Positions 18,416 to 27,457 of a stretch of 64,000 nt of DNA are shown piece by piece. This stretch comes from Candidatus Woesebacteria bacterium GW2011_GWB1_39_10 (GTDB taxonomy: Bacteria; Patescibacteriota; Microgenomatia; UBA8517), in assembly GCA_000993205.1 (NCBI GenBank), contig LBVU01000002.1, forward strand, positions 28,250 through 92,249, given 5' to 3'. The first letter of the stretch is position 1, and the number at the start of each line of letters is the position of its first letter. The notes beneath the pieces were generated by a model. The model was not told the origin of the DNA. It ran no database searches and saw only the letters and a list, made by a program, of their open reading frames with translations. The position numbers and the translations under genes were made by a program.

Positions 18416-18658
18416 TTGTCACAAAATTATTTTATGATTGCAATAAGATTATCAAGATTCGGCCGCAAAAAAGCTCCCTTTTATAGGGTTGTGGCTGTTG
18501 ATTCAAGAAAAAAGGCAACCGGGATGGTTTTAAAAACCCTAGGAACATGGAACCCTGCAAAAAAAGAATTTAAAATTAATAAAGATGAATTAAAAGTCTG
18601 GGTAGAAAAAGGTGCGCAAGTTAGCGCTACCGTCAAAAAATTAATTAGTACCAAATAA
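18416..18658 (+). CDS. rpsP: 30S ribosomal protein S16.
   Basis: The sequence IAIRLSRFGRKKAPFYRVVAVDSRKKATG is S16. Confidence 0.85.
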   Translation: MSQNYFMIAIRLSRFGRKKAPFYRVVAVDSRKKATGMVLKTLGTWNPAKKEFKINKDELKVWVEKGAQVSATVKKLISTK

Positions 18659-18660
18659 AT

Positions 18661-18888
18661 ATGCGTGATTTACTGGATTTTATACTTAAAGGAGTGCTCG
18701 GGGAAGAAAAATTTGATGTCGACGAAGCAGAGATCGAAGGCCGAATTGCTTATTCCATTAAAACCGATCCCAAAAACATCGGCCTTATTATCGGAAAAGG
18801 CGGGCATATGATTAAGTCTCTTAGAAACATCCTCAAAGTCCGCGCCACGCTCGAAAAGAAAGCGGTCTCTTTGGATATTTCTGAGTAA
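18661..18888 (+). CDS. KH-domain RNA-binding protein (YlqC/UPF0109-like).
   Basis: It carries the GLIIGKGGHMIKSLR GXXG KH motif. The rpsP-KH synteny is conserved. Confidence 0.7.
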   Translation: MRDLLDFILKGVLGEEKFDVDEAEIEGRIAYSIKTDPKNIGLIIGKGGHMIKSLRNILKVRATLEKKAVSLDISE

Positions 18889-18889
18889 A

Positions 18890-19567
18890 TTAAGGACTAA
18901 AAGGATCAGTTCTGCCTGTTCCAGTAGACGGAGGAACAATAACAAAAACAGGCTTCCTAAGACTTCCCATATCGGTAATCAACTGTTTTTCGGCTTCGGT
19001 AAGGTTTGTAATCTCTGTAGTTAACAAAGGCAATTTGGTGGGAAGAGGGGACCAAAAAGACTTCACGGAAATAGCGGCTCTTTCTACTCCTCCGTTTTCG
19101 CTAAGTTTTATTTTATCAACAACAATAACCGGAGCAATATTCCCCGTAGCTTTTATGAATGCTATCATTTGGTCCCGCGGCGCAATAATATCAAAACTGA
19201 TATCGGTTCTAAGAAGCCCTGTTTTATCAGCAATTTCGGGACCGCTTTTTATTCCTGAGACCAAAACTGAATTTTCCAAAGCCAGTAATTTAATTTGCGA
19301 GACTACTGCCAGCGACGGGTTGGATTCGGGAAGCACAACAAGTGCGGCGTTGGCCGATTCTCCCACAGAAGCCGAAACGGTTCTCAGAATGTCTGTTTTT
19401 TGAGTTAAAATCGTCCGGTCTTTTTGCGCCTTGGCAAGACCAGCTCTTACTTCCGATATTTTTGATAATCCGAATTTACCAACAATAATAAAAAGTATTA
19501 TAACGGCAAGAAGAGGAAATACCGCTACTGTTATCTGTTTTGTTCCCGTCGATAAATTCTTAAACAT
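18890..19567 (-). CDS. pilO: Type IV pilus assembly protein PilO.
   Basis: It has a single N-terminal TM, a coiled-coil region and a periplasmic domain, and sits immediately downstream of pilN-like and pilM-like genes. Confidence 0.55.
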   Translation of the reverse strand: MFKNLSTGTKQITVAVFPLLAVIILFIIVGKFGLSKISEVRAGLAKAQKDRTILTQKTDILRTVSASVGESANAALVVLPESNPSLAVVSQIKLLALENSVLVSGIKSGPEIADKTGLLRTDISFDIIAPRDQMIAFIKATGNIAPVIVVDKIKLSENGGVERAAISVKSFWSPLPTKLPLLTTEITNLTEAEKQLITDMGSLRKPVFVIVPPSTGTGRTDPFSP

Positions 19568-19569
19568 TA

Positions 19570-20097
19570 TTACAATATATGAAAGGTGGCAAGATATCCA
19601 CTTGCCGGATTGTATCCAAAGGTCGTAAGCGTAACAAATTTAAAAACTTCGGAATCTGAAATATTTTTAAGAAAAGCGGACAAATCGCTGTTGCTTCTAA
19701 AAACTACGGATAAATCAAGTTTTTGCGGATCGATGCTAAGTTCGCTTAAATTTGAATTCGGACCGATGTTTATCAAAAACGGCTCGATCCTGGAGAATAT
19801 TTTAATCGAACTTACAACACCCCGGGCCATTCCGATCTTTGCAAGACGGTCTTTAAGAAGAACCACTGCCTGTTCTGTCTTTTCCTGAGAAACAATTAGG
19901 GATTTAATTTCGTCCACTTCAGAAGAAATACTCTGTAATTGAATCGAACTAAAAGCAAAAAAGGCTGCCAGTCCAAGAGCAAAAATTATAAATCCGGAAA
20001 GCAAAATTACATTCAACATCCGCACCAACTTAAGTGTTTTTCCCAAAGTACTGCTTATTGTATGCTCCGGAGGCAATAAATTAAGTGTGACAGTCAT
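19570..20097 (-). CDS. pilN: Type IV pilus assembly protein PilN.
   Basis: It has the N-terminal LNLLPPE motif (PilN INLLP) followed by a TM helix. Confidence 0.65.
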   Translation of the reverse strand: MTVTLNLLPPEHTISSTLGKTLKLVRMLNVILLSGFIIFALGLAAFFAFSSIQLQSISSEVDEIKSLIVSQEKTEQAVVLLKDRLAKIGMARGVVSSIKIFSRIEPFLINIGPNSNLSELSIDPQKLDLSVVFRSNSDLSAFLKNISDSEVFKFVTLTTFGYNPASGYLATFHIL

Positions 20098-20106
20098 ATT
20101 TGTTAA

Positions 20107-21120
20107 CTATTCCCCGCGCATAGCCAAACCAACCGCCACCGAATAAAGTGATGCGTAGGGTGCCAGGCGTTTGGCAGTATCCGGGTCAACAGCGGTTTTG
20201 ATAAAAGGATTGCCGACCAACACTTCCAGTCCCAAAAGAGAGCTTAGGGCAGAAACGATCTCGCGCATACCGCTTGTTCCACCCGAAATAATTATAGCTT
20301 TCGGAGAATCTCCCTTTTCCTCCGTCTGATAATAATTAATGGCTTTTTTGATCTCGTCTACAACCATTCTTAATACAGGGTCAAGGGCACCTTTAATTTT
20401 CCCTTCCAACTCTTTTGAAGAAAGTCCGTAAGTTTTTTTGTACTCTTCAGCCTGCGGGGCAGATATGCCAAGGCCCTGGGAAACAGCCCTCGTAAAAGCT
20501 TCTCCGGCAATTGGAATAGACCTGGAAAAACTAAGAAGACCATTTTTGACGATTGCGATATCGGTACTGGTTGCCCCAAAATCGGTAATTAAAACCGTCT
20601 TGTCAACCGGCGCAAGCGCTCGGGTTAAAGCAATCAGTTCCGTTTCAACTGCAACCGGAGTCAACCCCGCAGCCTCCACTACTTTGGTATACCTTTCAAC
20701 TACAACCTTTGGCGCCGCCACCAGTAAAACCAAAACTTCCGGGGGACTGGTTTTTTCGTTCCGCTCAAGAATAGAGTGCTGAATAACTGCTTCAGCAACA
20801 GGAATCGGAATATATTGCTCAGATTCCCATTTAATAGCAGAGGCAATTTCGGAATCGGTTAACATAGGAAACCTGATTGTTCTTGTAAATACTTGGGATT
20901 CGGGAACGGAGATAACCACATCTTTTGATGATACGCCGGCCTCATTATGAAGATGTTTAACAACAGAGCCTAAGTCGGCATATTCTTTATCATCAACCAA
21001 TTTATCCACACTATTGCCAGAATAACCGACAATTCCGGAAGCGGAAAGAGCAAATCCATTCCCCTCTTTTTGAAGTTCTACTATTTTAATTGTTTTACTT
21101 CCAATATCAAGTCCGGTCAT
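20107..21120 (-). CDS. pilM: Type IV pilus assembly ATPase-like protein PilM (actin fold).
   Basis: The N-terminus reads GLDIGSKTIKIVEL and the fold is actin/FtsA-like. It is 337 aa. Confidence 0.8.
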   Translation of the reverse strand: MTGLDIGSKTIKIVELQKEGNGFALSASGIVGYSGNSVDKLVDDKEYADLGSVVKHLHNEAGVSSKDVVISVPESQVFTRTIRFPMLTDSEIASAIKWESEQYIPIPVAEAVIQHSILERNEKTSPPEVLVLLVAAPKVVVERYTKVVEAAGLTPVAVETELIALTRALAPVDKTVLITDFGATSTDIAIVKNGLLSFSRSIPIAGEAFTRAVSQGLGISAPQAEEYKKTYGLSSKELEGKIKGALDPVLRMVVDEIKKAINYYQTEEKGDSPKAIIISGGTSGMREIVSALSSLLGLEVLVGNPFIKTAVDPDTAKRLAPYASLYSVAVGLAMRGE

Positions 21121-21153
21121 GTGAGCAGTTATATAATTATACTAGATACTTTT

Positions 21154-22065
21154 TTATTTTGTAATCCCGGTTGAGCTATAAATTGCAAAGTCAAAAATAG
21201 GCGGCGGTTCCGGCCAACCCTGAAAAACGCTCAAACGTCTGTTTGATTGCCCCGCAGTACCGGTTGAATCAATCTGAGATCCTTGAGAGGGAAGTACGGT
21301 ATTTCCGGGAAAATTTACGTCAAAACCAATTTTGTGGGCAACATCGGTGTTATAAAAAATTCTAAGACGCGCAAACTGTAAACCGTTTTGCTCATTGTAA
21401 GATCCGGCAGGAATACCCAATGTCGATAAATCAATTTCTCTTCCAAATTCATAAATCTCGCCTCCGATTGCGCAGGTTCCCGCATCGGGGAGGGAAAAAT
21501 TATTGGCGGGATTGCGCGCGGCAAAAGGGTCAAAAGCGGCTCTTGCAATTTTTATCGTGGCTAAATCCCCCGGGGTTGTTTCGTAAAAAACTGACAATTC
21601 AATAGCCGGTGTTGTGGCGTCGGATGCAGCTGTGCCCGGGTTTCCCCAACAAACCTTAATGGTCTGGCCGGTAAAACAAGGGCTGCCTATGCTACAAATT
21701 AAAGCGTCGTTATTTGCAGAATCATGCGCTACAAACCAGATAGTTGCGCTCCCCCCGGACGTGAGAGATAGGGGATAAACAAAATTATTTGATCCCTGGG
21801 CAACATCTGAAACGTCTGATGAATAAGTGGCAGAGCCTATGGAAACATTCGTTCCTCCCGCACCGATTACCAACGCCTTCTCAATTCCCGCCTCAGCGGC
21901 AGAAAAAGCGCGGATCGCCTCTTCGCTTCCCGATGAAACGGCAATGCCGGTTATACTTCGGGAAAGAATAAAAAGCACCAGGGTAAGTACCACCGCAAGG
22001 AAAAGGAGTACCAATACCAATGCCTGTCCGCTATCTGCTTTGTACTTTATACTTTGGACTTTCAT
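21154..22065 (-). CDS. PilX-like minor pilin / pilus-associated protein.
   Basis: The N-terminus QALVLVLLFLAVVLTLVLFIL resembles the PilX_N domain. It is the first gene of the pilMNO operon. Confidence 0.45.
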   Translation of the reverse strand: MKVQSIKYKADSGQALVLVLLFLAVVLTLVLFILSRSITGIAVSSGSEEAIRAFSAAEAGIEKALVIGAGGTNVSIGSATYSSDVSDVAQGSNNFVYPLSLTSGGSATIWFVAHDSANNDALICSIGSPCFTGQTIKVCWGNPGTAASDATTPAIELSVFYETTPGDLATIKIARAAFDPFAARNPANNFSLPDAGTCAIGGEIYEFGREIDLSTLGIPAGSYNEQNGLQFARLRIFYNTDVAHKIGFDVNFPGNTVLPSQGSQIDSTGTAGQSNRRLSVFQGWPEPPPIFDFAIYSSTGITK

Positions 22066-22089
22066 CTAATTTAGTTTAACAGCGTTTGA

Positions 22090-22791
22090 ATGGTGGGTCA
22101 ACGAAAACATGATATAATTTTATTGATGAAGCTGTTCAAGATCATAACAATCGGGGCAATCATACTTCTTATAACTATTCTGGCCGGCTTGTCTTTCCAA
22201 TATTACAAACAGAGTAAACTTCTTCAGGAATCCTCAAATAACCTTAATGGGCCCAAAAAAATAGAGTTAAACCTTAAGGGGATAGTAAAAAAAGGCAAAG
22301 ATATCGATCCTCAAAAATCGTATTGCCCGAACGGCATTTATATTGTTACTACTGACAAAACCTATCAACTAAGAACCCCGGATGATTTAAATGAAAAGGC
22401 CTCAACTGCATACGCAATGTACCGCGACGCAGAAGTTGCCCTGACTGCCAAATTTCAGGATATATCGCCAAACTGCGGCAGTGTTAAAAACTGCGGCTGT
22501 GACGAATTTGTGCTGGTTGAAAAAATTGAGAAAACAAAGGATACTCCGAGCAGCTTTAACTCATATAACGGAAGGATTGTCTGTCTACCGTTGGTAGAAG
22601 GAAATGTAAATTCTGCCAACTGCGCGCTTGGCCTGGCCACAGATGACGGCAAGTATTACATTTTGGAGGACGTGCCGGACAGCCTTATCGTCGAGGGAAA
22701 CGATGTCAAAATCACCGGAGAGCTTGTCAAGGAAAAAACCGCTACAAAATATCGGATCGATGGTGTAATAAACGTAGTGGAAGTTAAATAA
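22090..22791 (+). CDS. Hypothetical membrane-anchored Cys-containing protein.
   Basis: It has an N-terminal TM (IITIGAIILLITILAGL) and several Cys pairs. The likely start is 22123. Confidence 0.4.
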   Translation: MVGQRKHDIILLMKLFKIITIGAIILLITILAGLSFQYYKQSKLLQESSNNLNGPKKIELNLKGIVKKGKDIDPQKSYCPNGIYIVTTDKTYQLRTPDDLNEKASTAYAMYRDAEVALTAKFQDISPNCGSVKNCGCDEFVLVEKIEKTKDTPSSFNSYNGRIVCLPLVEGNVNSANCALGLATDDGKYYILEDVPDSLIVEGNDVKITGELVKEKTATKYRIDGVINVVEVK

Positions 22792-22835
22792 AGTTCAAAC
22801 TTGACAGATCTGAATTAATATACTATTATAGGACT

Positions 22836-24233
22836 ATGGCTACAGAAGATGACGCAAAAATAACAAGGCGAGATTTTTTGAAGTTTGCTAGTTTAGCTTT
22901 TGGTGGGCTTGCTTTTGCTCCTCTTTTACGTACAAAGGAGAGTGTTTCCAACTCAAACTTTGAACCGTACACTTCGATGCTCGGTACAAACGGTCTGACG
23001 ATGGTTCTTGATAAAAATACGAAAACTCTGAGCTTGTTCGAAGGCCAACCGGACAAAATGGAGATCAACGGCATTCAACTTATCCAAGTTACAGGTCAGC
23101 CTAAAGCGCTCGTGGAAAATTTTCCACTTATTCTTTCACCTGAACAACCTACAAAAAGAGCGGGTGTCAGGAAATTTTCGTATCAAATCGAAGATGTTCT
23201 CATCTATTCATCTCTTCTCGCAAATGGGACACTTGGCACTAAAAAGTACGAAGAAGAAAAAGCTAAAAAACAAATATTGATTGATGCCAATCCCAATAAA
23301 TTTACGTCTCTTGACACAAATGGAAACATAGTTAGCGGTCTGTATGGAAAAGTGACAATTGAAATAGGAAGAAATTGGGACGATTCCCCCAGATACGGAA
23401 GTGTTAAAGTTGTATCGAATGATAATACAATATCACGGTTTTTTAGAATGTACCCCGCTTCCCCCCAAATAACTCAACCTGATGAAAAATTTGCCGAATC
23501 AACTGGCAAGGGAACCTATCTTATTAGAGCAATTCCTACGGCGCGCACCACCCCCGAAGCCCCGGAACCTTCCGTCCCCGATTTGGGCGACCCAAGATAT
23601 GGACAAGCAATTAAAGCGCTTGGGCCAGACCGCGTTCAAATTACAGAAGACCAAGTCCTTGTGGACTGGGAAGGCACCGGCAATTTTGTACCGGCTTTCT
23701 GGAAAGATAAAAATGGAAATTGGAAAAAGCGTTTTCTTTTAAGAGCCGATGGCGCCGAGAACATCACAGCCCAAGGCCTTCGCTATTCAAAGCTGGACAA
23801 CAAACAAAATTCAACCCACGTAGGAATTGTTTTCTCACACCAGAATATAGGCTTTGTAGATGCCATTCTAAACGGGAACTTATGGGAAATAGACAATCCA
23901 AACGGCAAAGAAGGCAAAGTTATAGTCTCGGAGGCTCTTACGCAAAGGGGTGGTGTTGAAGAGCTCATCGCCGTAACAATCGCCTATGATATAGGAGACG
24001 GTATTGACGTTTCCGTGCCGGGTGGTAAAAAAATAGGCAACGTTTTTGACTATTCACTAAAATTCAAGCAGGGGAACCAACGTTATTTTCAGTTTCGGAT
24101 AAAAGAAGATTCCTCTTACGAAAAATATCCTGTATACATATACAATAAACCTGATATTCCGGCCAACAAAGAATTCGTGGAGGGTGGCCGGGCTCCAGAC
24201 ATACTTTTCACAACAGGTACAGGAAAATTATAA
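22836..24233 (+). CDS. Hypothetical secreted protein with a twin-arginine (Tat) signal.
   Basis: The N-terminus reads TRRDFLKFASLAFGGLAFAPLL. Confidence 0.5.
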   Translation: MATEDDAKITRRDFLKFASLAFGGLAFAPLLRTKESVSNSNFEPYTSMLGTNGLTMVLDKNTKTLSLFEGQPDKMEINGIQLIQVTGQPKALVENFPLILSPEQPTKRAGVRKFSYQIEDVLIYSSLLANGTLGTKKYEEEKAKKQILIDANPNKFTSLDTNGNIVSGLYGKVTIEIGRNWDDSPRYGSVKVVSNDNTISRFFRMYPASPQITQPDEKFAESTGKGTYLIRAIPTARTTPEAPEPSVPDLGDPRYGQAIKALGPDRVQITEDQVLVDWEGTGNFVPAFWKDKNGNWKKRFLLRADGAENITAQGLRYSKLDNKQNSTHVGIVFSHQNIGFVDAILNGNLWEIDNPNGKEGKVIVSEALTQRGGVEELIAVTIAYDIGDGIDVSVPGGKKIGNVFDYSLKFKQGNQRYFQFRIKEDSSYEKYPVYIYNKPDIPANKEFVEGGRAPDILFTTGTGKL

Positions 24234-24287
24234 CCAAATTGCCATAAAAGACTGGCGAACTTCTCATCAAAGTAGTAGTATTTAAGT

Positions 24288-26075
24288 GTGAATAAATTCG
24301 CCTTAACGACACTACTCATTCTTTCCTTTGCCTTCCTTTTTTCTAAAGTAGCAATAGCAGAAAGCGGTTGCGGGGGAACCGAATTTTGCCAAGACACAAA
24401 AATCGTCAACGAAATCGAATGTAACTATCAAGTAGAATCCCAGAGCTGCAAAAGAGATCTTACCGGGCAGTCAACGACAATCAACTGCACGGCGACACAG
24501 GATGATTGCTATTCGTATGAAACAGGAACGGCCTGCCGATATTCTCAGAATCTTGAGGAGTGCGAACCCACCGGTAGAAAAAAAGTCAGTTGTTGCTCGG
24601 GGGCGGGCGGGGGGAATTATGAATGCAATGGGGAAACAGAATTGATCAGAGATTGTCTTCCCAGAAGCTCGTGCAATGATGACAGAAGAGGGGCAAGGTG
24701 TGGCGAGGGAAATCAATTTTGGTGCTTTTCGCTTCAATGCATGGATTGCGCTGCAACGGATCCAAGTGTCCCGGAGGTTTCATTTAACGAAACAGGGAAT
24801 TCGGCCACTATTTCGTGGAATGCCGGCACGGGCGGGGTAAGCCAAAGCCTCTATGTTGGAAGCGACCAAACCATGGTCAACAACAATTGCACCGGCGCAG
24901 GCACTCCTTGTGTTTACTCAAGCGCAAATGCAACTTCGCCTACGGAAGTTCCGGGACTAACTCCGGGGACTTTCTATTATGCAAAAGTGGTAAATTATAA
25001 AGACGCCGCCTGCAGCGCGGAATCGTCTCAAAAGTTTATCTCCTGCAATAACATTACCCCTCTTTCAATGACCCTCAAACCCAATGAAGCAAAAGTTCTG
25101 ACGGCTACCCTAACTGGTTCGTCCGAAACTCCCACGGTTAATTTTTCTGTTAATAACGGAGTTGTTTCGGTTTCACCGCTCTCCGATAACGATGGGACTG
25201 ACGGATATAAAACCACTGTTACGGCGGGACCCGGGTCGGGACAATCGGTAGTCACATCGGGTGTGGCAATCGGGGCCATAACTTACTGCTCCGCAGACAC
25301 GGCGGTTGACATTATTCCACCCGGCGCGTGGTGGCAGGTGGGGGATGGGGATGTGTCTGCCGGCGGGGATTTAACAAGCGATGTGCCAAATGGAAACTAT
25401 TTTGATCTTAGTGGTAGCGGAGGATACCCTGGAATTCCAATATACTCAGGCGTCACGAACTTAACCGCTTCTAATGTATCCCCACCCGGGTTTGGATGGC
25501 TGGCTCAAAGCGGGGGAACCGACGGTAAAATTTACGATTATCAATTTTTCGCAAACCAGATTCCGGCTGATACCGTAATTACAACTGTCCCCAATGGCAA
25601 TGTCGACGGCAGTTTTTTTGAAAGCGGGGGAACACTTTCCTACGGCTACTATTGGTACAAATATACAGGGAACGGAACAAATCTTTCAGTTGATACGCCC
25701 ATAGATCTTACTGGTACAGACCGGAAGATTATTCTTTTAGTTGAAGGGGCGGGACTAACAATAAAAGGAGACATTGTTTTGACCGACGGACGGGAATTTT
25801 TTGGCGCATTTGTAAACGGGGCAATTGATGTTGACCCACTTGTTACATCACTTGAAGGAATTTATCTGGCCGATTCCACTTTTGGAACAGGAATAGGCAT
25901 CGACCAACTGCATGTCCGCGGATCGATAGCTTCATACGGAGGGGTTGCTCTACAAAGAGATTTGAATAACGATACCAATCCTTCAGAATTTTTTGAATAC
26001 GCCCCGGACCAAATTCTTATGTTCCCCACAAAGCTCGGCGCAAGAAAAATTAGTTGGAAAGAAGTCGCGCCTTAG
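24288..26075 (+). CDS. Large secreted Cys-rich hypothetical protein (GTG start).
   Basis: It has a signal peptide (LTTLLILSFAFLFSKVAIA) followed by an N-terminal Cys-rich ~130 aa. It is 595 aa. Confidence 0.5.
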   Translation: MNKFALTTLLILSFAFLFSKVAIAESGCGGTEFCQDTKIVNEIECNYQVESQSCKRDLTGQSTTINCTATQDDCYSYETGTACRYSQNLEECEPTGRKKVSCCSGAGGGNYECNGETELIRDCLPRSSCNDDRRGARCGEGNQFWCFSLQCMDCAATDPSVPEVSFNETGNSATISWNAGTGGVSQSLYVGSDQTMVNNNCTGAGTPCVYSSANATSPTEVPGLTPGTFYYAKVVNYKDAACSAESSQKFISCNNITPLSMTLKPNEAKVLTATLTGSSETPTVNFSVNNGVVSVSPLSDNDGTDGYKTTVTAGPGSGQSVVTSGVAIGAITYCSADTAVDIIPPGAWWQVGDGDVSAGGDLTSDVPNGNYFDLSGSGGYPGIPIYSGVTNLTASNVSPPGFGWLAQSGGTDGKIYDYQFFANQIPADTVITTVPNGNVDGSFFESGGTLSYGYYWYKYTGNGTNLSVDTPIDLTGTDRKIILLVEGAGLTIKGDIVLTDGREFFGAFVNGAIDVDPLVTSLEGIYLADSTFGTGIGIDQLHVRGSIASYGGVALQRDLNNDTNPSEFFEYAPDQILMFPTKLGARKISWKEVAP

Positions 26076-26137
26076 CCGGAATCTAACCTTCGCTAAAAGT
26101 TTAGTCAACAAAGAAAGCGTTCCTATATCCCTTATTT

Positions 26138-26166
26138 TTGACTTAATTTACAAACTAGGATACTAT
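26138..26166 (+). promoter_or_regulatory. Candidate sigma70-type promoter for folE.
   Basis: TTGACT (26138-43), a 17-nt spacer, then TACTAT (26161-66). The ATG is 10 nt downstream with no SD, which indicates a near-leaderless transcript. Confidence 0.35.
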
Positions 26167-26176
26167 ACATCCTCAG

Positions 26177-26761
26177 ATGGTTAACTCAAGAACTGGCACA
26201 TATGATTCTCTAGAAGAACTTGCTAGACAAGTTATATCTTTAACTGGTGAAGATCCAAACAGAGAAGGATTGAAAGAAACACCAAAAAGGGTAGCAAAGA
26301 CTTATAAAGAGCTATTGAGTGGGTATGAAATGGACCCAAGCCATGAAATTACAATGTTTGACAGTAATGGTTTCAATGAATTGGTTAGTGTAACCGAGAT
26401 TGACTTCTACAGCTTATGCGAACACCACATGCTTCCATTTTTTGGTAAAGTACATATAGGTTATGTACCAGACAAGAAGATTTTGGGTTTATCCAAATTT
26501 TCTAGAATTGTAGATATATATTCAAGAAGGCTTCAGACTCAAGAGAATCTAACAAAACAAATATTTGATTTGTTAGAAAATAAACTTTCTCCAAAGGGAT
26601 TGATCGTTTCTATTGAAGCAAGACATTTATGTGTACGGATGAGGGGTGTAAAAGAAAAGGGAAGTTCAACAAAAACTACAATTAAAAACGGTATATTATT
26701 AAAAAGACGTGATTTTGCCGATCAATTCTTCATAGATTCTCATTTAAAAGTTATTTCTTGA
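26177..26761 (+). CDS. folE: GTP cyclohydrolase I.
   Basis: It has the CEHHMLPF motif and the HIGYVP/SRRLQTQENLT region. Confidence 0.9.
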   Translation: MVNSRTGTYDSLEELARQVISLTGEDPNREGLKETPKRVAKTYKELLSGYEMDPSHEITMFDSNGFNELVSVTEIDFYSLCEHHMLPFFGKVHIGYVPDKKILGLSKFSRIVDIYSRRLQTQENLTKQIFDLLENKLSPKGLIVSIEARHLCVRMRGVKEKGSSTKTTIKNGILLKRRDFADQFFIDSHLKVIS

Positions 26762-26776
26762 TATTATCAATTGTAG

Positions 26777-27457
26777 TTAAATTGTTCTTTTAATATAAGT
26801 GCCCCCATCAAAAGGTATAATTTTGCCTGTTGAATAAAAATTATTTTCGGAAAGAATAAAATCTATCAAATTAATCAACCCCTCACATGGGTTTTTTACA
26901 GAGACCAAACTCCTTGAATAATACCCTGTTTTATTGGTAGCACTTTCTCTAGTTTTGGTTGGTCCCAATCCAATGCCTATTACAGATGTTGTTTGAGCTA
27001 GTTCAACAGCAAGCAATCTAATGTAGACTTCTAAAAGTGCTTTTGAGAAGGAATAATAAAAATGATTCTTTTTTGGTTGAACTAATCCTTCATCTGTGAG
27101 GCAAATAATTTTAGAATTAGCTCTAAATTTTAGATTAAAAATCAAATCTAAATAACTTATAAAGTTTATATTGACAGTGGAAATGAATTTCATTTTATTC
27201 CATTTTGATTCGACGCTATAAACACTGGCAAAGAATAATAATCCGTCATATTTATTACCTCTTGTTTTATTAATAAAATTCTCAATCGACGCCTCATCGG
27301 CTAAATTTAATTGATAATATTTAATTTTAGACAAATGAGGATTGATTTTTATGTTTTTGTGTATTGTAATATCCATCTGATATTTTAGATAGTATTTTTT
27401 AACAAAAGTCTGAGCGATTTTTGACTTACCTCCAATTAGTAAAATTCTCTTTTTCAT
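26777..27457 (-). CDS. Short-chain dehydrogenase/reductase.
   Basis: It has an N-terminal LLIGGKSKIAQ Rossmann motif and a YSFSK (YxxxK) catalytic motif. It overlaps the upstream transketolase-like gene by 4 nt. Confidence 0.6.
   Translation of the reverse strand: MKKRILLIGGKSKIAQTFVKKYYLKYQMDITIHKNIKINPHLSKIKYYQLNLADEASIENFINKTRGNKYDGLLFFASVYSVESKWNKMKFISTVNINFISYLDLIFNLKFRANSKIICLTDEGLVQPKKNHFYYSFSKALLEVYIRLLAVELAQTTSVIGIGLGPTKTRESATNKTGYYSRSLVSVKNPCEGLINLIDFILSENNFYSTGKIIPFDGGTYIKRTI

Noticed and set aside
19035-19888. Plus-strand ORFs of 122 aa, 65 aa and 100 aa inside the pilO and pilN regions.
   Set aside because: They are antisense to pil genes with recognisable N-terminal motifs and have no RBS or motifs of their own.
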